A stretch of 64,000 nucleotides of DNA, taken from a virus (taxonomy: Duplodnaviria; Caudoviricetes). Shown in pieces: positions 50,290 through 59,439 of the stretch (positions are counted from its first letter, which is position 1; every line of letters starts with the position of its first letter). Both the position numbers and the translations under genes were made by a program. Where the stretch lies: positions 48,121-112,120 of IMG/VR virus record IMGVR_UViG_2896201746_000001. The stretch is one strand, 5' to 3'. The notes beneath the pieces are model-generated. The model was not told where the DNA came from, did not search any database, and saw only the letters and a list, made by a program, of their open reading frames with translations.

Positions 50290-50840
50290 AGGGGGAGAAG
50301 CGTCTTCCCGACCATCCAGTCGGGAAGAATCGCCGCGTCCAGCTCCGTATTGCGGTTTCAAATGGAAACCGCAATACCCGCCCCGAGCAGGGACTCGCTG
50401 GGCCGCAGGGGAGGTGTAGGCAAAGCTCCGCCTTCCGCTATCTCCCCGTAGGCCCGAACCATCGGCCGGGCCATTGGAAGCGGAACTGGGAGGGGCTGTC
50501 TCAGGCGCGTATCGGTGGGATGCGATTTTCACCGGCTCGCCACACCGTCCCGTCTTCGTTTGGCCGGTCCTCGCAAGGATCGCCGGCAGGGTGGAGCACC
50601 CACGTCCACGGTTCAAAGTCCCACCTACTCCCCAGGCCCAGCCCGGCCGTCGGGAGGCACGGAAGCCCAGACCCTCCGGTCTGGTGAAGATGCCCGCGCC
50701 GGCCCCGCATTTCACCTCCGCGGGGCAAGAGGTAGGCCTGGCTTTTTACCGGAACCCGACACGAGCCTAGGGCAAGACCGGGAACTCGGTCCCCAAGGGC
50801 GCTGCCAGCTTCGCTCCCAGGGGGACGGGTGGGAGCATAT
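50290..50840 (+). ncRNA. Candidate large structured non-coding RNA
   Basis: No credible ORF; TACAAT immediately upstream; many nested stems (see findings). Strand inferred. Confidence 0.5.
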
Positions 50841-50956
50841 GCAGACGGCTCGCCTGATTCAAGTAATCAGTGAAGGTAATGGACAAAGTTGCTTTTCCGT
50901 GCGCTGTCATCGAGCGATGATGAGTCATCGACAACGACAGCCCGGAGCACAGAGCA

Positions 50957-51163
50957 ATGTCCGAGATGACGATCACCAGCCCGACCGGCCGCCGCTTCAG
51001 CGTGACCCGCGAGGGCATCAGCTACCGCTACACGATCACCGAGCCGGACGGCCGCACCGTCCCGCATGAGCTACTCGGCCATGCCGACTGCCGCGAGCTG
51101 ATCTCCTACGACCTGTTCATCGAGCAGCGCAACCTGACCAGCGCCTACGCCTGCGCCGCATGA
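50957..51163 (+). CDS. Small hypothetical protein
   Basis: After an operator; coupled operon. Confidence 0.55.
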   Translation: MSEMTITSPTGRRFSVTREGISYRYTITEPDGRTVPHELLGHADCRELISYDLFIEQRNLTSAYACAA

Positions 51164-51360
51164 GGATCGCCATGACCGCCAAGCCCAACATCGAGGACGT
51201 CTTCGCTGCCTTTGCCGCGTTCCAGGGCGAGAGTGCCCGGATCGTCACCAGCCTGAACGCGATGCACCGCGCCCGGGCCTTCGACGAGGCCCGCGAGACG
51301 CTGAAGGCCCGGCTGACCCAGCTCGGGCTGGCCGAGCATATCGACTGGACGGAGCGCTGA
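51160..51360 (+). CDS. Small hypothetical protein
   Basis: ATGA overlap. Confidence 0.5.
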   Translation: MRIAMTAKPNIEDVFAAFAAFQGESARIVTSLNAMHRARAFDEARETLKARLTQLGLAEHIDWTER

Positions 51361-51473
51361 TCGACACCGGCACGGCGCGCTTTCTCTCGCCGATCGGCAG
51401 CGCGTCGTGCGAGTCTTCATCTGTCAGCAGTGACTGACATCAACACGCAACCTCAACTCTGGAGCACAGCATC

Positions 51474-51848
51474 ATGACCAACGACAAGATCGCCATCGCC
51501 CTTGCCGAGATCGCCGAGATGGGCCGGGCTTGGGAGAACGCCCGCCATGCCAAGCCGAGCCTCGCCAACAAGCTCGCCAGCGTGATCGCCGATCGCTGCC
51601 GCGACGCTTCCGAGCTGGCCAAGCGCCACGGCGTCCAGCTCGCCGCCTACTCCGGCGACTACATCCAGGCGGTAATGGAGCAGATCGGCGCAGGGCGCAA
51701 GCAGGCGCTGGCGGCGGCGAAGACGGGCGGCGGCATCACGATCCGGACGATGACCCGCGTCGTCGACGAGCCGCAGCAGCCCCTCCAGCAACCCGAGCAG
51801 CGCGTCGACATCGACTTCGGCGACGAGTTCGGCATCCTGCCGACCTGA
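51474..51848 (+). CDS. Hypothetical protein
   Basis: GGAG RBS; strong codon bias. Confidence 0.6.
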   Translation: MTNDKIAIALAEIAEMGRAWENARHAKPSLANKLASVIADRCRDASELAKRHGVQLAAYSGDYIQAVMEQIGAGRKQALAAAKTGGGITIRTMTRVVDEPQQPLQQPEQRVDIDFGDEFGILPT

Positions 51849-51927
51849 TTCCGGCCGCGTAGCTGATCCGAGCGGGGCGGCGCTGTGATGGCGTCCGCCC
51901 CGCAACTGTCTCTCACGGAGCGGAGCA

Positions 51928-52109
51928 TGAAGAAGACCATTCCCCTCGACATCCTGATCGACCTCGACCGCGTCAACGACCGTCGCCTCCGGCTCGCCTC
52001 CAAGACCCATCACCGGCCCCGGCAGAACCGTGCCCTAATGCTGCGCCGCCGCCTCGACCAGGCCGTGCGCCGGCTGATCGCCACCATGCCGCTGGAGCTG
52101 GTCCAGTAA
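51928..52109 (+). CDS. Small basic hypothetical protein
   Basis: GGAG RBS, MKKTIPLDIL; start approximate. Confidence 0.45.
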
Positions 52110-52249
52110 TGGATTTGCTGATCGAGCTGTGGGCCGGCGTCTGTGCGCTCGGCATCGTCATGGGCATCGTGCGCGGCCTAACCGTCCCTGATCCCGTCTC
52201 CGTCTTCGTCGGCATCTGTCTGGCGCTGTTCGCTGGCCGGCGCTGACAC

Positions 52250-52370
52250 GGGAATAGCGGCCGGTGTGGTGGGGCTGGGAATCGCTGGCCCGCCTGCCTG
52301 CGCACGGGAATAGCTGGCCCGCCCCCGAGGGCTGGGAATAGACGGGCGGGTGGACGCGCGCGGGAATAGC
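52250..52370 (+). repeat. Five GGGAAT(A/C)G(C/A) repeats at ~28-bp period
   Basis: Copies at 52250, 52277, 52306, 52334 and 52362. Confidence 0.8.
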
Positions 52371-52778
52371 CGGGCCGCGGGAGGCCCTCCCCCTGCCCAC
52401 GGCCCTCCGGCCGCCCCACCCCGGCGCTCCCTCGCCCCGGCGGCCCTGCCCGCCCGGCCTCCGGCCGGCCCGTGGTCCTGTCGGTGGCCCGCCGGCGGGC
52501 CTATGGGGAGGAGGGGGTGTGGCTGCGCCGGCGGCGACGATTCCTCTTGACAGGAGGCTCTTATCTGTGAAGCTGTCGAACTTGGATCCTGAATACTTTC
52601 CTATTGATTTCCTAATGTTTCTTCTTATCGAAAAAACGTGTTTCACTCGTAATTGTCAGTTTCAAAGATAATCTTTAACACTAGGCATCTTTCAAATCAC
52701 TTTTGCGAGATCATAGCATGGCTTTCCTGTCAAGACAAAATTGTCAGTCCCTAGTGAAATTCCTCTGGAATAAATCTC

Positions 52779-52807
52779 TTGTGTTATCAGTAAGCGCTTA
52801 GTATAAA
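52779..52807 (+). promoter_or_regulatory. Sigma70-type promoter with TCA-N8-TGA-like operator in the spacer
   Basis: TTGTGT-tATCAGTAAGCGCTTAG-TATAAA (17-bp spacer). Confidence 0.7.
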
Positions 52808-52879
52808 GACGTTGTTAGCGCGTTGCGTTGACGGTCAGGGAACTCCCTCCCTGATCCACTCTTTCCAACGGAGCACACT

Positions 52880-53452
52880 ATGTCGGACGTCAAGAGCGTT
52901 GAATTTAAGGCCGTCGAGCTGGTCGCCGTCGAAAGCGCCAAAGTTGCCATGCAGCCGCGCATGAACAAGCTGCCCAAGCCTGTTTACTTCTACTTTGACA
53001 CTGCCGAGCAATATCTGCCGCACGGCACGGAAATTGATGACGAATTTCTCTACAATCATCAAGTCGGTGGCAAGGCAAAGTCTTCCTACATTGGTCGCAT
53101 GCCCAATGTGGAGTTGGCTAAGAGCGGAAAGAACCCGTATGCTGATATCAGCAATACCGACACTGTCGTTACCCTGGAAAGCTATCGCCATCTCCTGCCC
53201 GTTGCGCCGCAAGTTTGGGAAGTCCTGAGCAAGTCCAAAACTCCGCTTCTGGCTTGTGAAATTATGCAGGCTGTGGCTAAGAAGAACGCGGACATGAGCA
53301 AGTTGAAGTGGTTTAACGAAGCTGTCCGTTCAACGCTCATTGATCTGTGCATGTTTGGACTGGCAAAGCGTGACACTGTGAAAGTCAACGTGAGCCGCAC
53401 TCGTTTCCAGGCAACTGACCCGAAGGCAATTGAGATTGTCGCGAAAGCGTAA
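52880..53452 (+). CDS. Protein with C-terminal winged-helix domain (regulator/initiator candidate)
   Basis: QVWEVLSKSKTPLLACEIM...AVRSTLIDLCMFGLAKR; GGAG RBS; distinct codon usage. Confidence 0.65.
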   Translation: MSDVKSVEFKAVELVAVESAKVAMQPRMNKLPKPVYFYFDTAEQYLPHGTEIDDEFLYNHQVGGKAKSSYIGRMPNVELAKSGKNPYADISNTDTVVTLESYRHLLPVAPQVWEVLSKSKTPLLACEIMQAVAKKNADMSKLKWFNEAVRSTLIDLCMFGLAKRDTVKVNVSRTRFQATDPKAIEIVAKA

Positions 53453-54238
53453 AATCTCTTGACAGTGAGCGCGAGACGTGAGTTAGCGTCTCGCGCTTCA
53501 CTTCACAGACAATGTTGCACAAGCGCAACTCAAGTTTTTCCACTCGATTGTCAAGAGATTTTTCTTGTTGACACGGCACGTAATCTTGGGAGCGGTAAAA
53601 AAAAGCGGGGGTGCTGTCGAAGTGGGATGCGGTCGTTTCCCCGCGCGGCGGATTTAATTAAGGCCTTTACTCCGTGCGCAATACCCCGCCGTTCGCTGCG
53701 CAGTGTGGCAGGTGGGAGGGTGGCCGTGTGGAAGGTGGCAGGGTGGGTGCTGACCGCTGGGTGGGGCCTGGTGGGGTGAAGCCAGGGCCTTTGCCCCGTG
53801 TGGACTGGCAAGAGGTGGCCGATGGACGTGATCGCGGACAGGGTCAGGCAGTGGTTCGTACAGATGCGGGCGGCCGGCGCGGTGGAGATTCAGCACTACG
53901 GACGGAACGGAACGGCTGGCGGCGGTGCGCTGGGAGGACGTGCTGACAGCGGCCGGAGGCTGGGCGGAGGGTTGGTGATGACCATCAACGGTGACGCTGC
54001 AATGGCCTGTTGACTCCTTAGATTGATCGTGGCATAGCCATACTTGCTTTCGCTACGGGCACTTGTCGCTGCCATACGCACCCTGACGCTTATCGCGCAG
54101 TCCGCGTATTGCTCAAAGGATCGCTAGATCCAGTAGCATCAATAGTTATGGTTGAAACACCTTAACCACGCCAATCCCAACGTGGCCGAAGGTAATGAGC
54201 AGCGCATTACACAAGCATGGCCACGCCGGAGGTTCGGC

Positions 54239-54829
54239 ATGTTCTGCAATCTTAAAGGAGCCAAGGCGCGAGCTAAAGCACTTGGCAAGGCTCTTGACGC
54301 TATAGGCGTCGAGGCACCGCATAGCGATTGCCTGGACGTAATCGCTCAGGCGGCCAACCCGAAGTTCTCGGGCTGGCATGAACTGGTACAGGCCCTCAAG
54401 AACGACGAGCGTCTGGAGGTTGACAACTATCAATTCCAGACATCGCTTATGACGATTCTCTCTGACTCTCTTCCTGATGAGCAGCTTGCGCCGGTGATGA
54501 TAAAGTTCTGCGGCTCAGGATACAAGAAACCACCGCTGATTCGCCGCCCTCTCGTGCTGGAAAATGGGGATCTAGCTCCAGGAACATTTAATCTTCTCGG
54601 CACGGCAGAATCCCAAGAATTCATTGATGAGATGAACAGGGGCTATGGCAGCGGCGACTTCTTCGCCAATGTCGACAGCCCGCACGCTCAGGCAATGAAG
54701 GCTGCCGCCGATCGTATGTTTGAGCCTCAGAGAATGGCAAGGGCAGCGCTGAACAAGCAAAGGGAAGAGCGCCAGCAGCGGATCGCAGCTAAGAAGCTCT
54801 TCGTCGTTAAGACCAAGAAGAAGGGCTGA
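54239..54829 (+). CDS. Hypothetical protein with 'glyoxalase-superfamily'-type N-terminal helical domain
   Basis: AKARAKAL...HSDCLDVIAQ...FSGWHEL; GGAGG RBS. Confidence 0.55.
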   Translation: MFCNLKGAKARAKALGKALDAIGVEAPHSDCLDVIAQAANPKFSGWHELVQALKNDERLEVDNYQFQTSLMTILSDSLPDEQLAPVMIKFCGSGYKKPPLIRRPLVLENGDLAPGTFNLLGTAESQEFIDEMNRGYGSGDFFANVDSPHAQAMKAAADRMFEPQRMARAALNKQREERQQRIAAKKLFVVKTKKKG

Positions 54830-54831
54830 CA

Positions 54832-54868
54832 TCGAAATGGGGCGTCCATCATGGACGCCCCATTTCGA
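54832..54868. terminator. Bidirectional hairpin between convergent genes
   Basis: Perfect 18-bp inverted repeat TCGAAATGGGGCGTCCAT-C-ATGGACGCCCCATTTCGA. Confidence 0.7.
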
Positions 54869-54897
54869 CATACATTTCACATGCCCTTCATGGATCC

Positions 54898-55101
54898 TTA
54901 AAGACCGATCTTTGTGTAACTCACACCGCGCTTGGTCAGTTCAGCCTCGATTTCATCAGCTTGCAGCTTCCAATCAGGAAACGTGCGGACCATAAACGGC
55001 TTGTCCTGCCCTGCCGGCGTGTTGTCATCGACCGCCAGTGCATTAGCGATAGCGCCATGCATCATCAACAAAGACTGCGTCGTATATCCGGGAACGTTCA
55101 T
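54898..55101 (-). CDS. Small hypothetical protein
   Basis: GAGGAG RBS, MNVPGYTTQSL. Confidence 0.55.
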   Translation of the reverse strand: MNVPGYTTQSLLMMHGAIANALAVDDNTPAGQDKPFMVRTFPDWKLQADEIEAELTKRGVSYTKIGL

Positions 55102-55142
55102 AGCGCTTCTCCTCAATGATAATCTGAAGTTTCTTTTGCCGG

Positions 55143-55502
55143 CTATTTCTGACGGGGATCCACAGGCTGAAGATCATAGATCTCATCTCCGCGAACAATG
55201 CAGAGGATTTCATTCGATCTGATACCCATGACGCCAGTAGTGTTCTGAACAGCATACTTCAAAACGAAGTCATTCCCGCTGGCTCTCGGGTCGTCTTGGC
55301 TAACTACCCATCCACTGGCCTTCGGCTTGTCGGGGCTTGGGTCAAGTCGCTTCTGAATGGCGGCGGCGCATTTGTCAGCGAGTTCGAGCCGGCTTGGTCC
55401 GGTCGGGGCCACGGACATGCTCTTTCCGGTCTGCACGCATCCAGCAGCGAGCAGCACCACCGAAGCCACAAGTACATTACGGAACGCCAGCAACATCTTC
55501 AC
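55143..55502 (-). CDS. Lipoprotein
   Basis: Lipobox LAAG-C. Confidence 0.65.
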   Translation of the reverse strand: MKMLLAFRNVLVASVVLLAAGCVQTGKSMSVAPTGPSRLELADKCAAAIQKRLDPSPDKPKASGWVVSQDDPRASGNDFVLKYAVQNTTGVMGIRSNEILCIVRGDEIYDLQPVDPRQK

Positions 55503-55836
55503 TCCCTACAACCGGACGCTCTGCATCCGTCAATCCATGACGCATTACATACATTAGTATGCAATGACTGACCCACTCGGTGCTCCGCGCTGCATGCAGC
55601 GTAATGGTTCACCTTCCTGCGCGGCAATCCTCGTTACGAGTTTAACCGCTAGTGGTTTCCTAGCAAATCGCCTTCAACCTGTCATCCCGCTTCAGCAGTT
55701 TTTACGAGCGCAGGAGAACTCGCGCGTCCTTGTAGAAGCAGGGTGGTTTACAGCCTGGACTTGGCGCGTCTTGCACATGGCATCGACACCCATTCCGTGC
55801 GACGATGCGGCCAATCATGCCGCATAGGACAGTCCC

Positions 55837-56490
55837 ATGCCCCGCGAGCCGCAAAACCCGTTCGAGTTCCTGCTGCGCGAGCTGATCGAGCGACCGGAGG
55901 GGCCGGCGGCGCTGGGCGCGATGAAGATGGTCGAGGATGCGCTGAGCGTGAACCTGGACGTCGTGGAGGGCGTCGTTAACGCGCTCGCCGCCCGGATCGA
56001 GACGCCCGACGCCCCGGACCTGGAGAAGCGGCTCGACGACGCGGTGAAGGCCTGGGAGGAGCGCTGCGGCGCGCCGATGACACCCAGCCTGCTCGACAGC
56101 CTCCGGCAGGATGCCGAGACGCTGGTGCAGAAGCGCATGCAGCAGCCGCCCCGCTGCGTAGAGATCCTCGACGGCTGGGACGCCGGTGCGCGCGATCTCG
56201 GCTATGAGATCGGCGGGCTGCTGGACGGGCCGGAAGGGACGTTGCATCGGCTGTGGTCGGCGATCTCGATGGATCTGGCGCTCGATGCGATCAGCGCCCG
56301 GGACAAGGCCGCGGCCAGCGCTGCCGGCGCGGATGAGGAATCGGCCGTCGACGAGATCAAGCGGCAGTTCGAGGTGGCGATCGGCCGGCCGATGTCCGAG
56401 GGCGAGTGGAGCCGGCTGCTGGAGCATGCGGCGCGGCATGCGGAGCGGGTGATGGTGCCGATCATGACGCGGGGCCTGGGCGCGCGATAA
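55837..56490 (+). CDS. Hypothetical protein
   Basis: 217-aa ORF with coding bias. Confidence 0.6.
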   Translation: MPREPQNPFEFLLRELIERPEGPAALGAMKMVEDALSVNLDVVEGVVNALAARIETPDAPDLEKRLDDAVKAWEERCGAPMTPSLLDSLRQDAETLVQKRMQQPPRCVEILDGWDAGARDLGYEIGGLLDGPEGTLHRLWSAISMDLALDAISARDKAAASAAGADEESAVDEIKRQFEVAIGRPMSEGEWSRLLEHAARHAERVMVPIMTRGLGAR

Positions 56491-56505
56491 CGCCCAGGCA
56501 TCCGA

Positions 56506-56745
56506 TCAGGCCGACGCGCTGGAGCGGCGTTCCGGCTCGTGCCTGCCGCTGAGCGACCAGATCAGGATGAAGATCCAGAACAGCGGCATCCAGCCGAAGA
56601 CGATGTTCGCGACGACGATTCCCCAGAAGCTGGAATGGTCGCGCCTGATGGCGATGACGGTCGGCAGGAACATCAGGCCGAGCAGCGCCGTGATGACCAG
56701 TGCGCCGCCGACGAACGGAACAAGCTCTCCCATCGCCGGCCTCAC
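56506..56745 (-). CDS. Superinfection immunity protein (T4 Imm-like)
   Basis: FLPTVIAIRRDH...IVVANIVFGW...WIFILIWSL. Confidence 0.8.
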   Translation of the reverse strand: MRPAMGELVPFVGGALVITALLGLMFLPTVIAIRRDHSSFWGIVVANIVFGWMPLFWIFILIWSLSGRHEPERRSSASA

Positions 56746-57116
56746 ATGCAGGGAGCGACGCGCTTGTTCCAGATCTCGTCGGGATGGAGCGTCCAGTCGC
56801 CCTCCCGCAGTCCAAGCACCGTGACCTTGGTCTGCGTCGGCGAAACCTTGGTGAAATCGGCCATTGCGCCGTAGGTGACGCCCTTCGTGAACGACCAGAC
56901 GGCCGTACCGGAATCCGGGTAGAGCTGCTGGTAGCCGGGATTGATTCCCTTGGTGACAAAGCAGCGGAATACCTCTTCGAGCGGCTTGTCGACGACGCCG
57001 CTCTGGCTGTCCGCGACCCTACGGAAGTTATCCTCGCCGGCGACCATGAAGGTGCATCCGCACAGGGAGAGCGCAGCGGCAAAAAGAACGAGCTTTCGCA
57101 TCGGTTGTTTCTGCAT
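56742..57116 (-). CDS. Lipoprotein
   Basis: Lipobox LCG-C; overlaps the imm start. Confidence 0.6.
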   Translation of the reverse strand: MQKQPMRKLVLFAAALSLCGCTFMVAGEDNFRRVADSQSGVVDKPLEEVFRCFVTKGINPGYQQLYPDSGTAVWSFTKGVTYGAMADFTKVSPTQTKVTVLGLREGDWTLHPDEIWNKRVAPCM

Positions 57117-57269
57117 CAGGTTTTCAACGTGCGCTTAGTCTGCGAAATGCCGGGCGGTCGTCAAGATCAGACTTGCCATTGAGCTATTGCTGTATGGGTG
57201 AATTGGTCAATTTGCCTAGTTGTCATTCAGCGGTTACATTAAGGCGGTTCGCCCGTCCGGAGCCGCTGA

Positions 57270-58040
57270 ATGAACGACGCACACGACATCGACGACGATT
57301 TCGAGGACGCTGACAGCGACGCTGTGAACGACTTGGAGCGCGACGACGACGAGAGCGCTTCGAGCGACAGCGACGACAGCGAGAACGCATCCAAGAGCAT
57401 CCTGAATGCTTCCGCAGCGCCCGGCCGGGCGCGGTCGAAGAAGAAGAAGCTGCTGCGCCGCGGCTCGAAGATCCCGGACCATATCTGGGCCGAGCTGCGC
57501 GAGATGTACGAGAGCGGCAACTACTCCCAGGCCGATCTGGTGCGCTACGCCAAGAGCCGAGGCTTCGGCATCAGCCAGCCCGGCATCTGCAAGCGCATCG
57601 GCAAGGAGGAGTGGGTCAAGGGAGCCAAGGCCGAGGAGATCCGACGCAAGGCCCAGGAGGAGATGGTCTCGGCGATCGGCGAGAATCTCCGCTCGATGCT
57701 CGACCGGCACTCCCAGCAGGCGCTGGCGCTCCAGCACGAGGCCCTCCAGCACTTCAACTTCGCCAACACCCAGCGCCGCTCCGGCAACCCCGACTATCTG
57801 ATCCCGGCCGCGCTGCTGCGCCAGATCGGCGCAACGATCAACGAGGCCCAGCTCATGGAGGCCCGGGCGCGCGGCTTCGACTACCGCGAGGGCAAGCCGT
57901 TCGGCCAGGACGAGGGCGACAAGTCGCAGGACATCGCCGAGCTGCGGGTGTCGGTGATGAGCGACGATGAGGTCGCCGAGCTGAAGTCGCGCAAGGTCGA
58001 TCTCGGCGAAGACGACGACGAGGACGGCGGGGACGAGTGA
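57270..58040 (+). CDS. Putative terminase small subunit
   Basis: HTH-like WAELREMYESG..QADL...ICKRI.KEEW; immediately upstream of TerL. Confidence 0.65.
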   Translation: MNDAHDIDDDFEDADSDAVNDLERDDDESASSDSDDSENASKSILNASAAPGRARSKKKKLLRRGSKIPDHIWAELREMYESGNYSQADLVRYAKSRGFGISQPGICKRIGKEEWVKGAKAEEIRRKAQEEMVSAIGENLRSMLDRHSQQALALQHEALQHFNFANTQRRSGNPDYLIPAALLRQIGATINEAQLMEARARGFDYREGKPFGQDEGDKSQDIAELRVSVMSDDEVAELKSRKVDLGEDDDEDGGDE

Positions 58041-59380
58041 TGCTGTTCCTGCCGGCGCAGACCGCGGCGATCAGGACGAATCTGTTCCCGCACATTCCCA
58101 GGGTGCGGCGGGTGATGGACAGCTCGGGCGGGCTGTCCATCAAGCTGCATCCCGGCCAGAACACCGTCTTCCGTTCGCCCAGGCGCTACCGCACCGTCGT
58201 CGCCGGCCGGCGCTGGGGCAAATCGACCCTATGCGTCGTCGAGCTGATCTGCGCCGCCGCCGCCAAGCCGCGCCAGAACTGCATGTATGTCGCGCCGTCA
58301 CACGCGATGGCCCGGCAGATCGTCTGGGACGCGCTGAAGGAGTCGATCCCCGATTCCTGGCTCGCCAAGAAGCCGAACGAGACGAACCTCGAAATCCGCC
58401 TGAAGAACGGCAGCAAGATCATGCTGCGCGGCTCGGACAACCCCGACAGCCTGCGCGGCATCAAGCTGCATTTCCTGGTGATGGACGAGTTCCAGGACTT
58501 CAAGCCGGACACCTACTCCAAGGTGCTGCGCGCGACCCTGTCGGATACCAACGGCCGGCTGCTGACCATCGGCACGCCGAAGGGCTACGCGAACATCTAC
58601 GAGCTATACCAGAACGGTATAGCGCGCGACGACGGCAAGCCCCGGAAGAAGGGCTGGGCGAGCTGGCAGTTCAAGACGGCCGATTCCCCCTTCGTCCCCG
58701 ACGAAGAGATCGAATCCGCCCGCAACGACCTCGATCCGCACAGCTTCTCACAGGAGTACGAGGCCAACTTCCTCGCCATGGGCGGCCGGGTCTATTACGA
58801 CTTCAGCCGCGACCACAATGTTCGCCCTTGCCCCTACGATCCGTCGCTGCCGACGCTGATCGGCCAGGATTTCAACATCGACCCGATGTCGACCGTGCTG
58901 ATCCAGCTCCACGGCGAGGAGGTCTGGGTGACGGGCGAGCTGAGCCTGCGCTCCAGCTCGACCGAGGACGTCTGCCGGGAACTGGTGCGCGAGTTCGGCT
59001 GGGATTTCCGGGACAAGGCGACGGTCTATCCCGACCCGGCCGGCAATACCCGCCAGCATGCCCGCGGCGAGTCCGACATCCAGATCTTCCGGGAATGGGG
59101 CTTCAACCGCATCCTGTTCCGCCGCAAGCACCCCAGCGTGCGCGACCGCATCGCCGCGGTGAACCGGCTGATCTGCGATGCCTCCGGCCGCCGGCGGCTC
59201 TTCATCGACCCGTCCTGCAAGCACCTGATCGAGAGCCTGGAGAAGCTGCTCTACAAGGAGGGCACGAACGAGCCGGACAAGGATCTGAACATCGAGCACA
59301 TGGGCGATGCCCTGGGCTATCCGTGCGAATACGAGTTCCCGGTCAAGCGGCGCTCGCACGCGATCGGCTATTCCCACTGA
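58037..59380 (+). CDS. Terminase large subunit (start possibly 58115)
   Basis: LHPGQ, AGRRWGKS, LRG..LVMDEFQD, IGTPKG, GQDFNIDP, YPDPAG, HMGDALGY. Confidence 0.93.
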   Translation: MMLFLPAQTAAIRTNLFPHIPRVRRVMDSSGGLSIKLHPGQNTVFRSPRRYRTVVAGRRWGKSTLCVVELICAAAAKPRQNCMYVAPSHAMARQIVWDALKESIPDSWLAKKPNETNLEIRLKNGSKIMLRGSDNPDSLRGIKLHFLVMDEFQDFKPDTYSKVLRATLSDTNGRLLTIGTPKGYANIYELYQNGIARDDGKPRKKGWASWQFKTADSPFVPDEEIESARNDLDPHSFSQEYEANFLAMGGRVYYDFSRDHNVRPCPYDPSLPTLIGQDFNIDPMSTVLIQLHGEEVWVTGELSLRSSSTEDVCRELVREFGWDFRDKATVYPDPAGNTRQHARGESDIQIFREWGFNRILFRRKHPSVRDRIAAVNRLICDASGRRRLFIDPSCKHLIESLEKLLYKEGTNEPDKDLNIEHMGDALGYPCEYEFPVKRRSHAIGYSH

Positions 59381-59381
59381 T

Positions 59382-59410
59382 TTGAGCTATCAGTAACCGA
59401 TGAATATAAT
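59382..59410 (+). promoter_or_regulatory. Sigma70-type promoter with operator in the spacer, upstream of portal
   Basis: TTGAGC-tATCAGTAACCGATGAA-TATAAT (17 bp). Confidence 0.8.
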
Positions 59411-59439
59411 GGAAGAACCGTCGCCGTGAGAGGCCAGAC

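Noticed and set aside
50585-50635. tRNA-like GGTTCAAAGTCCC
   Set aside because: No cloverleaf, D-arm or anticodon arm could be built; treated as part of the ncRNA candidate.
52250-52370. CRISPR array
   Set aside because: Repeats are only 9 bp, spacers ~19 bp, and no cas genes are present.
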